A stretch of 24,329 nucleotides of DNA from a virus (lineage: Duplodnaviria; Caudoviricetes). The position numbers were made by a program, and so were the translations under genes. The stretch covers positions 1 through 24,329 of IMG/VR virus record IMGVR_UViG_3300023197_000015; one strand, 5' to 3'. Shown piece after piece: positions 8,227-17,749 of this stretch; the first letter of the stretch is position 1, and each line of letters starts with the position of its first letter. The notes below the pieces were generated by a model. That model saw nothing but the letters and a program-made list of their open reading frames with translations, did no database searches and was not told the origin of the DNA.

Positions 8227-8631
8227 GTGTCGGCGAGCACACAAGATATTATCGACCGCATGGAGTTTTACGCTCCCGAGCATGTTTCGAAAGCCCAATC
8301 GATCAAAGAGCAGGCAGTCGAAGCCGCTCTTGATCAGAGGATAAATGTATCGCTTTGGGGGAAAGCAGGAGCTTTATTGGATGGTGCTGCGTATCTTGCA
8401 GCGCATCTTTTGTCGATGCGGGATAAAGCACAGCAAGGACAACCTGCATCGCGATCGGGAGCTGGTCCGATTGAATCGATTCGTGAGGGCGAATTGGAAA
8501 TAGAATGGGGTCTTTCGGATGTAGCTTCCCAACAAAATCAACTTGCATTAGATCTCGTAGAAACTGAATATGGTCTGGCCTTCCAGGAACTTGAAAAAAC
8601 AATTCCTTCAACTCCTACCGGGAGCGGATGA
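8227..8631 (+). CDS. Head-tail adaptor (DUF4054-like)
   Basis: GTG start; motifs AYLAAHLL, IESIREGELEIEW and ETEYGLAFQEL. Confidence 0.85.
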   Translation: MSASTQDIIDRMEFYAPEHVSKAQSIKEQAVEAALDQRINVSLWGKAGALLDGAAYLAAHLLSMRDKAQQGQPASRSGAGPIESIREGELEIEWGLSDVASQQNQLALDLVETEYGLAFQELEKTIPSTPTGSG

Positions 8632-9155
8632 TGTTTTGGATTGAACTGAAAGATTCGATGAAAATCAACGGCGTCCAACGTCAGCCCGGCTATCGTACAG
8701 AGTATGCCCGTGCGGCCGCGCTGGCATTGATTGCAAATGGACGAGCGGTTGCAGTCGACGGCCCGCACGAAGGGCGATCGGGTGCGGGATATCCAGTTGA
8801 TGTCGTACCAGGCGAAACCACCGACCCGGAGAAAGACGACGCTGTACGGTTGGAATCGAAGGATTCGAACAATTCCGAGAAAATGGATGATTTGGCAGAT
8901 GAACAAGAATCGGAATCTCCGGGCGAAGACGGATCTTCGTGGGTTTTTGACAGTTCGGAAGACCTGGAAGATGACAATTTGAAGAAAACTCTCGATGATC
9001 TCGATTTTGAGTTAGTGGAGGGCGTAGGTCCGTCGATTGCGGAGCGTATCGAAGAAGCATACGATGATCTGGAAGCATTTCGTTCGGCGGATTTGACGGA
9101 AATCGATGGAATTAGCAAGGCCCGTGCGAAAAAGTTGAGGGATCTTGATGGCTAG
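8628..9155 (+). CDS. Protein with C-terminal tandem helix-hairpin-helix DNA-binding domain
   Basis: VEGVGPSIAERI and IDGISKARAKKL HhH motifs after an acidic linker; ATGA coupling to the upstream gene. Confidence 0.8.
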   Translation: MMFWIELKDSMKINGVQRQPGYRTEYARAAALALIANGRAVAVDGPHEGRSGAGYPVDVVPGETTDPEKDDAVRLESKDSNNSEKMDDLADEQESESPGEDGSSWVFDSSEDLEDDNLKKTLDDLDFELVEGVGPSIAERIEEAYDDLEAFRSADLTEIDGISKARAKKLRDLDG

Positions 9156-9840
9156 AATGGATGTAAATGTATCGTCCATTGATATGGGCTGGGAGGAGTT
9201 TAAGGACAAAATATCCACGGCATCCAAACGTCCATCTGTTACAGTTGGTGTACATCGAGAAGACGCCCCGAGAAAGACAACGCGGTCGAATAGTTTGAAT
9301 AATGCAGAACTTCTCGCACTCCATGAATTCGGCGGGACGTTCGAACATCCCGGTGGAACGCCTTATGTATACACCGGAGAAGGAGTTCGATTCGTTTCGA
9401 ATGAGCATCCAGATCCGGACGGACATACCGATCCGCATACGATCACCATTCCAGCTCGATCGATTCTTCGTACAGCATTTCGTGGACGAGGTGCCGGGAA
9501 GCTCCGAACGACGGCGCGAGCTGCAATGGGGCGATACTTTGATCGGGGTACGTCCGCATTTCGTGGATTAAAACGGGCGATGGGGCGTATCGGAAAGCTC
9601 GCTCGAAGTATGGTTCGTGTGCGGATGGGACCAGGAGCCATTGTCCCAAATGCTCCAGAGACGATTCGGAAAAAAGGACATGCACGGCCGTTGATTGGGG
9701 AAACGTTGCAACTTCGAGATGCAATTGATTTCCAGGTACATCTCGAATTCTTTGAGTTTGCCGGTATTGCTTTGTCTGGAGCACGAGGTTCGGGATTTGC
9801 CGCCCCCGGACAGGGTTTGGATGCCTCGCAGTTTGATTGA
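9145..9840 (+). CDS. Neck/tail-completion protein (HK97 gp10/Mu gpG-like)
   Basis: VTVGV, LALHEFG...IPARSILR and PNAPETIRKKGHARPLI motifs; Arg-rich. Start may be 9148 or 9157. Confidence 0.8.
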   Translation: MMARMDVNVSSIDMGWEEFKDKISTASKRPSVTVGVHREDAPRKTTRSNSLNNAELLALHEFGGTFEHPGGTPYVYTGEGVRFVSNEHPDPDGHTDPHTITIPARSILRTAFRGRGAGKLRTTARAAMGRYFDRGTSAFRGLKRAMGRIGKLARSMVRVRMGPGAIVPNAPETIRKKGHARPLIGETLQLRDAIDFQVHLEFFEFAGIALSGARGSGFAAPGQGLDASQFD

Positions 9841-9846
9841 ATAACC

Positions 9847-10188
9847 ATGATTTTGGAAAATGTCTCATACGATCGGTTACGATTCAGTATAACGACGAAT
9901 TCGAACGGAGAACGGGTGACGACCCTTGATACGCGAACAACATTTGAAGACGGCTCGTTTCAGCCGTTGGACGGCCGGGAAATTGAACAACTTCCTGAGC
10001 TGGATCGAACGGATGAGACGTGGAAACTAATTACGGCAGCGGATCATCGAACTGTTGATCAACATACGGATAAACCCGCAGATCAGATTGAATACAACGG
10101 AAAGCGTTGGCGTGTCAGAAAGATTCGAGGCATCCATGATGCGTTGTTGCCGCATCGATCGTATGCATTGATTCGTACACAGGAATAA
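9847..10188 (+). CDS. Putative head-closure (stopper) protein
   Basis: SFQPLDGREIEQLPE and ADQIEYNGKRWRV motifs; size and position fit. Confidence 0.75.
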   Translation: MILENVSYDRLRFSITTNSNGERVTTLDTRTTFEDGSFQPLDGREIEQLPELDRTDETWKLITAADHRTVDQHTDKPADQIEYNGKRWRVRKIRGIHDALLPHRSYALIRTQE

Positions 10189-10190
10189 GA

Positions 10191-10769
10191 TTGACGTCGC
10201 TTCGTGAAGAAATTCTCCAAGATGCGATGGGATGGGCGCGATTTGTGTTGTCCGGCCAGGCAACATCAAACGGGGATTTGATCAAAGCGTATGATCATGA
10301 TCCTCATGCTGGCCGTCCGGATAAACCTTATCTTCAGTTTCAAATTACCGATCATGAGAACCCGATCGGTTGGGATGAAGTTCAACGACGTTCGAATCAG
10401 AATGTTGCTCAATTCCGCATCCGGGGCGCTCGTTGGTCGCTTTTGCAAGTAGATGGATACGGAAAAGTAGCTACGGAGTGGCTAGAAGATGTTCATCGAA
10501 GCCTAAAAAGACCGGATGTTCGAAGATGGCTCCGAAGCAATGGTCCGATGGGTGTAGACAAAGATTCAGCGATTGAAGATACATCTACACTTACAGCGGA
10601 CAGCCAAGAAAGACGTGTGACTGCAAGTTTTCGAGTAAAATATGATGTTGTATCAGATTGGTTTGACTCAAACACAGGAATCGGTAAACATCTATCATTG
10701 AAGAGTGGCACCGAGATCATCGATCCAACAAGTCTCGGCGACCTCGATCTTTCCATGACGATTCCATAG
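10191..10769 (+). CDS. Putative tail terminator protein
   Basis: TTG start after AGGA; RPDKPYL motif; immediately precedes the sheath gene. Confidence 0.7.
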   Translation: MTSLREEILQDAMGWARFVLSGQATSNGDLIKAYDHDPHAGRPDKPYLQFQITDHENPIGWDEVQRRSNQNVAQFRIRGARWSLLQVDGYGKVATEWLEDVHRSLKRPDVRRWLRSNGPMGVDKDSAIEDTSTLTADSQERRVTASFRVKYDVVSDWFDSNTGIGKHLSLKSGTEIIDPTSLGDLDLSMTIP

Positions 10770-10802
10770 CTTTTGATTGGATTGTACTGATCGGAGCGAA
10801 CC

Positions 10803-11939
10803 ATGCCGACGACTGTGACACATACGGATTCGCTTGATATTGTGGTGAATTTTCAGCCACAATTTTCGCCTCTTTTGCGGTTCAATAAATTGCTTCAACT
10901 TGAACTCGAGGCGGATAATAACACGGGAGTACGGGCGAGAAGCTACAGTCCGGGGGATTTGGATACAATTGAGACGGATTGGACGACTCGTATCCGCGAT
11001 GCAGCCGATGATTATTTCTCCGCTCAGCCAACGCCTGATGAAATTTTGATCGGGGCATGGGACAAGGCAGGTGGAGAAACGGTCAAAGAGGCATTGGATG
11101 CGATTACGGGCATCGATTCGGGCTGGTTCTATGTGGCGTCGTCTATCCGAACGCCGGCGGATTTGGAGTTTATTGGCGATACGGTGGACGGTTATCAGAA
11201 GCCGTCGGTGTATTTTCTGACGTCGGATGATGATTCGATTGTAGACCCGAATACGTCGTTGGCAACGCCTTTGGACAACCTTGGGTCAAACGCGCTTGAA
11301 GAGGTATTCGGTATTTACCATCCCGACCCGGCGAGTTCCCCGGGTTCTGCGCTTGCCGGACGGCTTGCAACAGCGAATCCTGATCAAGAATCCGCGCCAT
11401 TTTTCGGCCGTCTTCGAAATATTAATGCATACGACGCTCCGAGTTCTAGCACGGCATGGAGCTTGCCATCGGCAGCGGACATCGGTACGGCACAATCTCC
11501 GGGCGAGATTCGAGGGAATGATTTCAATGCTGTGTTGCCTTTCGGCTCTGCACCTGCCTGGCTTGGACCCGGCCAGAACTTGAATGGACGTCAGGGTAAA
11601 GTCATTCTGACGAAATTTTGGTTCAAAGATCGGCTCGAAGCCGAAGTAGCGAATGAAATCCAGACGGCGGCTGCGCAAAACGAAATCATCCCGATTGGTG
11701 CGGTAGGCGAGTCGCAAACAGAGGGACAGGTTCGTATGGCGAAGCTGTTGAGAAGGCAATTCGAGATTGGAGAGAACGCCCAGCATTTCCTGGTAGATGA
11801 GCTAGATATCAATTACCCGCAGATTCAGCAGTCGAACGTGAATAACGATACGATTCCGCTCGACGCACAGGCAACGGTGGCGATCGGCGGTCAGTACGTG
11901 GACTTCAACATCTTCTTTTCCCGGAGTTCTGTGACTTAA
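10803..11939 (+). CDS. Tail sheath protein (DUF3383-like, compact)
   Basis: ARSYS, AADDYFSAQPTPDEILIGAW, GETVKEAL..WFY and WFKDRLE..IP motifs; GGAG RBS. Confidence 0.8.
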   Translation: MPTTVTHTDSLDIVVNFQPQFSPLLRFNKLLQLELEADNNTGVRARSYSPGDLDTIETDWTTRIRDAADDYFSAQPTPDEILIGAWDKAGGETVKEALDAITGIDSGWFYVASSIRTPADLEFIGDTVDGYQKPSVYFLTSDDDSIVDPNTSLATPLDNLGSNALEEVFGIYHPDPASSPGSALAGRLATANPDQESAPFFGRLRNINAYDAPSSSTAWSLPSAADIGTAQSPGEIRGNDFNAVLPFGSAPAWLGPGQNLNGRQGKVILTKFWFKDRLEAEVANEIQTAAAQNEIIPIGAVGESQTEGQVRMAKLLRRQFEIGENAQHFLVDELDINYPQIQQSNVNNDTIPLDAQATVAIGGQYVDFNIFFSRSSVT

Positions 11940-11958
11940 TCCGTATCGAGGATCGATT

Positions 11959-12423
11959 ATGCCAAATCGTAAAACAAGTTATTATGACCTGGATGACGTC
12001 ATTGGAACGATTGGGCCGGGGCCATATCCAGCAACGGCATCGTTTTCGGGATATGGTGATTCGGGTGGAATCGAATACTCGATTGAAGGAGATGCTCACG
12101 AATTTACAGCAGGAGCAGATGGATTCGTGGCCGTCTCGAAAAACAACAATGAAGTGGTGATTGCTACGATTACGTGTATGGCTGGATCGTTTTTAGCACG
12201 AGATTTGAGTGTTTTGGCTCAAGCTCAACACAAATCAACACCTTCCGTTGGAGTTCCGTTCAATATGCTTGATCCAAACCTCGGCGATGAAATCTTTGAG
12301 CCTCAAGCATATTTTCAAACGTTTGCGCCGCCTTCCAAAGAAGACGTCCAGGGAGAACGTGAATTCGATATCATTCTTCCCCATGCTCGAAGGTCGATTG
12401 TTCTTGCTACAGCTGCACCATAA
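11959..12423 (+). CDS. Tail tube protein (DUF3277-like)
   Basis: YYDLDDV, SGYGD, GADGFVAVSKN and EREF motifs; 154 aa directly after the sheath. Confidence 0.85.
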   Translation: MPNRKTSYYDLDDVIGTIGPGPYPATASFSGYGDSGGIEYSIEGDAHEFTAGADGFVAVSKNNNEVVIATITCMAGSFLARDLSVLAQAQHKSTPSVGVPFNMLDPNLGDEIFEPQAYFQTFAPPSKEDVQGEREFDIILPHARRSIVLATAAP

Positions 12424-12437
12424 CATAAGGAGATTTT

Positions 12438-13007
12438 ATGGAAGAGCAGAAAGGAATTGGTCAGGATTCTCCGGAAGCGTCTACCGGGGGGTATACGTTT
12501 GAACTTGAAGACGGGGACGGACAAACCCATCAGTATCATGTTGGGAAAAAACATGAACCAATCGCCCGATCAAAAGGTCCTTCCGGGCTTCGGTTGTTGA
12601 ACCACGTCGCCAAAGTTGCTGGGACGCCTTTGGCCGAATTCGTATCGACGAATGCCGGCCAGTTGATGCAGATGTACACCAAAGCAAAACGGTCGGCATC
12701 CGAAGAAGATGTAAAATCAATCCAAGATGCACTAGAATCCGAAGAATTTGAAGATGCAGAAGGATCGATTGATCTCGAGTTGACGGCAGCCTTGGAATAT
12801 ATCACGGAGGCTTTCGATCAAATCGATCCGGAGATCGTGTTGCAGAAAATTCTGTACTTTACGTCGCGAGACGGCGAAAATCTCCGAAAAGATGTAGCTT
12901 TCAATCAAGCATATCGGGGGAATTACATAGAGTGTTTGCGGGCAGTGTATGAAGTATGTGTGTATAATGGATTTTTTGGTTCGCTCGGTGGGCTTATCGA
13001 CGTGTAG
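12438..13007 (+). CDS. Tail assembly chaperone (short, G-like form)
   Basis: TAAGGAG RBS; between tube and tape measure genes; ends VYNGFFGSLGGLIDV. Confidence 0.85.
   Translation: MEEQKGIGQDSPEASTGGYTFELEDGDGQTHQYHVGKKHEPIARSKGPSGLRLLNHVAKVAGTPLAEFVSTNAGQLMQMYTKAKRSASEEDVKSIQDALESEEFEDAEGSIDLELTAALEYITEAFDQIDPEIVLQKILYFTSRDGENLRKDVAFNQAYRGNYIECLRAVYEVCVYNGFFGSLGGLIDV
12969..12978 (+). promoter_or_regulatory. Programmed -1 frameshift slippery site GGA TTT TTT G
   Basis: Six-T run read as Phe-Phe. The -1 frame opens just before it (TAA at 12965-12967) and stays open to 13270. Confidence 0.8.
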
Positions 13008-13270
13008 ATGACGGCTCTGTTGAATTTGACCCGCCGAGTTCGATAAAAAATGATCTGAAAAGAGCCCGTCAGCGGTTCCGAGAGGACCCGGTGGATATGA
13101 TGATCCATCGCATTGCCGCGAGTGAGTATCACGCCAGTCTCCATGAAATCAAACATACATGGGGCCTTGGCGATATAGCGGATGCGCATCGATTTCTGAA
13201 CTATCAGAAAGAAGTCGAAGCCATCCAACAACAAGACATGGACGATATTGACCCTCCACGTGGTCCGTAA
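12977..13270 (+). CDS. Tail assembly chaperone -1 extension (T-like part; fusion ~277 aa)
   Basis: Manual translation WFARWAYRRVDDGSVEFDPP...ASLHEIKHTWGLGDIADAHRFLNYQKEVEAIQQQDMDDIDPPRGP*; fills the gap and its TAA overlaps the TMP ATG (TAATG). Confidence 0.8.
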   Translation, partial: WFARWAYRRVDDGSVEFDPPSSIKNDLKRARQRFREDPVDMMIHRIAASEYHASLHEIKHTWGLGDIADAHRFLNYQKEVEAIQQQDMDDIDPPRGP

Positions 13271-15189
13271 TGGCAGCACTTGATACCATTCAGCAGTTTC
13301 TCATCGAGATCGATGTCGATGCAGATCTCGGTGAATTGATTGCATTTGAAAACCGTTTGAACAGTGTAGACCGGGCGCTTACGAAGGTCTCTTTTGCAGC
13401 TCGAACGATTGCACTAAATCTTGCGGGGATGACGGCCACAATGGTGGGCTCTGAGGTCGTCATGGGCGGCGTTGCAGCGGCGGGCACGGCCGTGACAGGT
13501 ATTGTTTCGAAAATGGTCACACAGACGGCCAGACAAGCCCGTGCAACGGAAGTATCGGTAGACCGGCTCCAGAAACTTCGATTTGCACTTCAGGGACATA
13601 ACGTCAAAGCCGAGAAAGCAGTCGACGTTATCTCGTCTCTCGTCGACACACAACAAGGGGCGATCGAGGGAACAAAATCAGATGTCGAGGCTTGGCAGAA
13701 ACTTGGATTGTCTATTGATCAAGTCCGGGGACGAAAGCCTTGGGAGTTATTTGAAATTGTCTCCGATCGGGTCCAAGACGCGAAAGACCAACAAAAGACA
13801 CTCGTCGCAGTCCAAGATATTTTTGGAGAAGGGCTCGGCTCGAATCTTATGCCCATGCTCCAGCAGGGATCGAGCGGGTTTCGGGAGATGGGCCGAACAA
13901 TGGAGGATCTTGGGGCGATCCTCGATCAACAAACGGTAGAGCAGTTTGAAAAACTGCATACACAAGGGTTTCAACTCTGGACAATCATCCGCGGGATGGC
14001 GCGGACCTTTGCGAAAACGCTCTTGCCGAACTTGCTTGCCATTACGGAGAGCATTGAAGATTGGGTGAAAGCGAACGAAGAAATTATCAAACAAGAACTT
14101 CAAGAGTGGGCACGATTTACGGTCAACGCCCTCCGTGAGGTAAAAACGACTTTCAATCAAATTGAATCTGCGGTGTCTGCGCTCGGCGGTGTACGAAATA
14201 TCTTGAACGGCCTCGGAGACACTATAGGTATTTTGACGACGGCGATGCTGACGGCATTTGGTACATCATTCATTGCAACAATCAAACAGGCTTCGACGAC
14301 GATTGGTGCATTGACGATTGAGTTTGTAGCGTCGGCTGCGGCTGCGGAAGGATTTGAGCTTTCGATCGATGGTCTGCGCGGTGCATTGATTGGTCTTCGA
14401 ACGACAATGCTTTCATTTTTAACTGGATTCCCGATTTTGATTGCATTGTTTGCAGCATTGTTTCTTATATTTGAAGATATTTGGACATTTTTAGAGGGCG
14501 GCCGATCGTTGACGGGGGTTTTTGTGGATTTTGCATCTTCGATGGGAGGGGTAAAGGGGTTAGTTAATGATGTATTGAATCAACTTGATGCATGGTTAGA
14601 ATTGATCGAATCAATTGTTCCCAGCATTGAAACATGGAATGATGTACTTGTTGCACTTGCTTTTACATTTGCAACAGTATTTAATGTAATCGTTTTGTTC
14701 GTTCGAATTGCTGTAAAAGATTTCACAATTCTGATTAAAAAAGTTCAGCTATTTATTGAACTTCTTAAGTTGGCTTCAGCCCTTGGCCGTACTCTTCTAT
14801 CATTTTCTTTTCTTCAATTCGGTGATGCACGAAAATCAGGGGATGAAGCAGTTGAATCCGTGGAAAAGATCGCTGAGCTTACTAGAGAAGCTGCAAAAGC
14901 TAATGTTGGTCAATTTCAAGCGGTAGGACAGTTTGTACGTGATCAACAAAAAATTGGACAACTTTTTCGACGTTCGAATATCCAAACAAAAACAACGCCA
15001 AATCAGAGCTTACCTCCTTCTCAACGGCAATCTCGAACTTCGGGAAATAATGTTACGGTGAATAATGAAGTGAGTGTCGAAGGAGTACAAGATCAGCAAG
15101 AAATGATCCAACAGATGAAGCGAGAATTGGATAAGTTTGCTAAGCAAACCGGCCGTGAAGTGAAGAAGAACTCGTCGAATCAGCGGTAA
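13270..15189 (+). CDS. Tape measure protein
   Basis: Longest ORF; helical, with hydrophobic segments (FPILIALFAALFLIFEDIWTFLEGGRSL); follows the chaperone. Confidence 0.92.
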   Translation: MAALDTIQQFLIEIDVDADLGELIAFENRLNSVDRALTKVSFAARTIALNLAGMTATMVGSEVVMGGVAAAGTAVTGIVSKMVTQTARQARATEVSVDRLQKLRFALQGHNVKAEKAVDVISSLVDTQQGAIEGTKSDVEAWQKLGLSIDQVRGRKPWELFEIVSDRVQDAKDQQKTLVAVQDIFGEGLGSNLMPMLQQGSSGFREMGRTMEDLGAILDQQTVEQFEKLHTQGFQLWTIIRGMARTFAKTLLPNLLAITESIEDWVKANEEIIKQELQEWARFTVNALREVKTTFNQIESAVSALGGVRNILNGLGDTIGILTTAMLTAFGTSFIATIKQASTTIGALTIEFVASAAAAEGFELSIDGLRGALIGLRTTMLSFLTGFPILIALFAALFLIFEDIWTFLEGGRSLTGVFVDFASSMGGVKGLVNDVLNQLDAWLELIESIVPSIETWNDVLVALAFTFATVFNVIVLFVRIAVKDFTILIKKVQLFIELLKLASALGRTLLSFSFLQFGDARKSGDEAVESVEKIAELTREAAKANVGQFQAVGQFVRDQQKIGQLFRRSNIQTKTTPNQSLPPSQRQSRTSGNNVTVNNEVSVEGVQDQQEMIQQMKRELDKFAKQTGREVKKNSSNQR

Positions 15190-15193
15190 ACCA

Positions 15194-15841
15194 ATGAGTC
15201 AAGTTGCAATCATTATTGACGATGTTCCTTCGAACCAACCAACGGAGTTTGCGACACAAAACCCGTTTTTTCTTTTGCTCGATGCCACCACGTCTGAAGT
15301 CCATAAAAGAAAATCGAATATCGCTAATCATCCCCTAGAAGGCGGTGGTCAAATCACGGATCATGCAGAAACAAAGCTGGAGAAGATTTCGATTCAAGGC
15401 GTGATTTCGAACCATTCTCCAAATCGACAGTTCCCAGGAGATGGTTCGCGGATTCGATTGGTGAGAGATTTTTTCGAACGAGCGAAAGAACGACGTCTTC
15501 GTCTTCGTACATTAAAATATGGTGTGATTCAGCCGGTTCTCATGGAAAGCTGGCCTCAGAAAATCAATGCACCACTGGATTCGGTGGAAGTAAATTTGAC
15601 ATTTCAGAAGATGGAGTTTGCTGAATGGGATGAAACGGAACTCCCTCCGGATCAAGTTCAACAAGAGCAAATGGCCGCCAAATGTACGTGCGGTCCGCAG
15701 CCAACGAAAGGAAATGAATCAAATGATTCAACTCAAAGTGCGATAGAACAGATAAACAAAGCCACTCCGTTGAACTTTGGTCCGGAAGATTCCACACTTT
15801 TTGACACATTTGTGCCTTCTGAAATTCAACAAATTCAGTAA
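15194..15841 (+). CDS. Dit-like baseplate/tube initiator
   Basis: LDATTSEVH..IANHPLEGGGQITDHA..ISIQGVISN motif. Confidence 0.85.
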   Translation: MSQVAIIIDDVPSNQPTEFATQNPFFLLLDATTSEVHKRKSNIANHPLEGGGQITDHAETKLEKISIQGVISNHSPNRQFPGDGSRIRLVRDFFERAKERRLRLRTLKYGVIQPVLMESWPQKINAPLDSVEVNLTFQKMEFAEWDETELPPDQVQQEQMAAKCTCGPQPTKGNESNDSTQSAIEQINKATPLNFGPEDSTLFDTFVPSEIQQIQ

Positions 15842-16197
15842 TGCCTCAAGAGCTTACAGTTGATTCAAGAGAGATCCATGTTGTCCAGTCCACGATCTTG
15901 GATGGCGAATCGTATGAATTTGAATTCGTATGGCGACCGCGAACAGAGACATGGCATTTTTCGGTTCGTTCCGAAGACAAGGATACTCCTATTTTCAAAC
16001 GAAAGGCCGTCCAGTCTGGTTCGAACTATTTCCTAAATACGGCTTCTTTGGAAGCGCCTCCCGGTGTGTTGGCGGTGATTGGTCCGGATCAATATGAACG
16101 TGTAGACCTTACAAATGATCTTCGTCTCATCTATTTCTCGGAAAATGAAATTCAACAAAGTTCGCCGAATCGTTCGTATGTAATTCATCAAAATTAA
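15841..16197 (+). CDS. Small baseplate protein
   Basis: LDGESYEFEFVWRPRTETWHFSV and LRLIY motifs; lies between Dit-like and hub genes. Confidence 0.75.
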   Translation: MPQELTVDSREIHVVQSTILDGESYEFEFVWRPRTETWHFSVRSEDKDTPIFKRKAVQSGSNYFLNTASLEAPPGVLAVIGPDQYERVDLTNDLRLIYFSENEIQQSSPNRSYVIHQN

Positions 16198-16199
16198 TT

Positions 16200-17018
16200 A
16201 TGCCGTTGTTCGATCGAAATGTTGAATTAGCGATTGGTCCTGAAGGAGAGGAAGGACGTGCTTGGCGAGGGGAAGATTTTCGTATTGGTTGGAACGTCGA
16301 ACACAAGCGAAACTCGAAACCGTCTACCGCAACAGTCGATTTCTACAACCCTGATGAAAATACGATTGACTATATTCGATCTGGCCGAAAAGTTGTTCGG
16401 ATGAAAGTCGGCTATCGAGCGCCGGTTCAAATTTTTATTGGATTTATTGAAGATGGTAGTGTTCGAGTTGATTTTAGCAGCGGTGATCGAAAACTTAGTT
16501 TGAAAGGAACAGACAAAGCATATGAAGGCCAGAAAAAACACGTCGATACGGTCATTCCGTCAGGTACGCAAATCGATGAAGCCATCAAGCAGATTGCAAA
16601 AGAAAACAATGTGCCGACTGGACGATTGAATTTCGGGACCGATCCTCCGAAGCTCAATGCATCGGCAGTGTTTTCGGAATCAGTTGACGAGGCAATTCAA
16701 AAACTTGCCGACCGCGCAGGAGTGACGGTGTGGACGAAAAACGGTGCTTTGGTTGCTGCCCCGCCGTCAACATCTCCTCGAAAAACGACCGTTGTAAACT
16801 TTTCCCAGGAGCAGGGTACGTTATTCAATGTCGAGCCGAAGAAAAAAGGTCGGGTTCAATTCAACATGTTGTTGAAACCTCAAATTCGACCGGGCGACCT
16901 TTTCAATGTAGAACATGATCGTTACGGTGGAGCGTGGCGTGCCCGAGATGTTACCTTCGAGGGAGACAGCGGATGGGAATCGACATATAAGGTTCAAATC
17001 ACTGCGGAGTCGCGATGA
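16200..17018 (+). CDS. Baseplate hub protein (Mu gp44/T4 gp27-like)
   Basis: LFDRNVELAIG, PSTATVDFYN, VGY..IFIG, LLKPQIRPG and FEGDS motifs. Confidence 0.8.
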   Translation: MPLFDRNVELAIGPEGEEGRAWRGEDFRIGWNVEHKRNSKPSTATVDFYNPDENTIDYIRSGRKVVRMKVGYRAPVQIFIGFIEDGSVRVDFSSGDRKLSLKGTDKAYEGQKKHVDTVIPSGTQIDEAIKQIAKENNVPTGRLNFGTDPPKLNASAVFSESVDEAIQKLADRAGVTVWTKNGALVAAPPSTSPRKTTVVNFSQEQGTLFNVEPKKKGRVQFNMLLKPQIRPGDLFNVEHDRYGGAWRARDVTFEGDSGWESTYKVQITAESR

Positions 17019-17746
17019 GTGATAAATTTGGCGATAACGTCGATAATCCGAAATTGGCGGATGCGATCGTGGATGCGATGGAAGCGGAGCGAGCACGAGT
17101 ACGTACAGTGATTCCCGGCCGAATTATTTCGTATGACTCGTCAACGCAGAAAGCGACCGTTCGTCCTGTTGTTCAATCGTCTTATAAAGATGAGCAGACC
17201 GGTGAGAGACGAACAACATTGCCGCCAGCGATTCCAGAGTGCCCAGTCAATTTCCCGCAAGGATCGGACGGGGGTTTTGCCATTACATGGCCGCTCAAAT
17301 CAGGAGACCCGGTAGAGATTCGTATTGCATCTCGTTCATTGGAAAAATGGCAAAATCAAGGAGGCACAGATGTAGAACCAGACAATTTTCGGCGACATGA
17401 TTTGACAGATGCTATTGTCGATCCAGGAATTCGTTCGTTTGTGAATGCGCTTGGAGACGATGCTGTCCAAGACAACGCAACGGTGATCAAATCCGACAAA
17501 CAAATCCACCTTGGTACGGCTGATCCGGTAAATTGGGTCGCCCGCGATGACCGTGTGGAGTCGGAGTTGCAGAAAATCCGAGACAAACTTTCCACATTGA
17601 AAACAGCATTTGAAGCCCATACTCATACGGTTTTGGCCCAACCCGGTCCGAACCCAACTACCTTGACGACCAATCCAACAACATCGACTGCTCCTTCGGG
17701 GGGGAAAGCGGGAGATGTCGCTTCCGATAAAGTAAAAACGGAATAA
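17015..17746 (+). CDS. Baseplate central spike (Gp138-like)
   Basis: IPGRIISYD..ATVRP, PVNFP, PLKSGD, RRHDLTDAI and C-terminal HxH (AHTH, 17618-17626). Confidence 0.92.
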   Translation: MSDKFGDNVDNPKLADAIVDAMEAERARVRTVIPGRIISYDSSTQKATVRPVVQSSYKDEQTGERRTTLPPAIPECPVNFPQGSDGGFAITWPLKSGDPVEIRIASRSLEKWQNQGGTDVEPDNFRRHDLTDAIVDPGIRSFVNALGDDAVQDNATVIKSDKQIHLGTADPVNWVARDDRVESELQKIRDKLSTLKTAFEAHTHTVLAQPGPNPTTLTTNPTTSTAPSGGKAGDVASDKVKTE

Positions 17747-17749
17747 TCG

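Noticed and set aside
9325-9440. His/Pro-rich insert in the neck protein as a novelty
   Set aside because: Similar HPGGTPY..RFV..H.ITIP inserts are, as I recall, common in this family.
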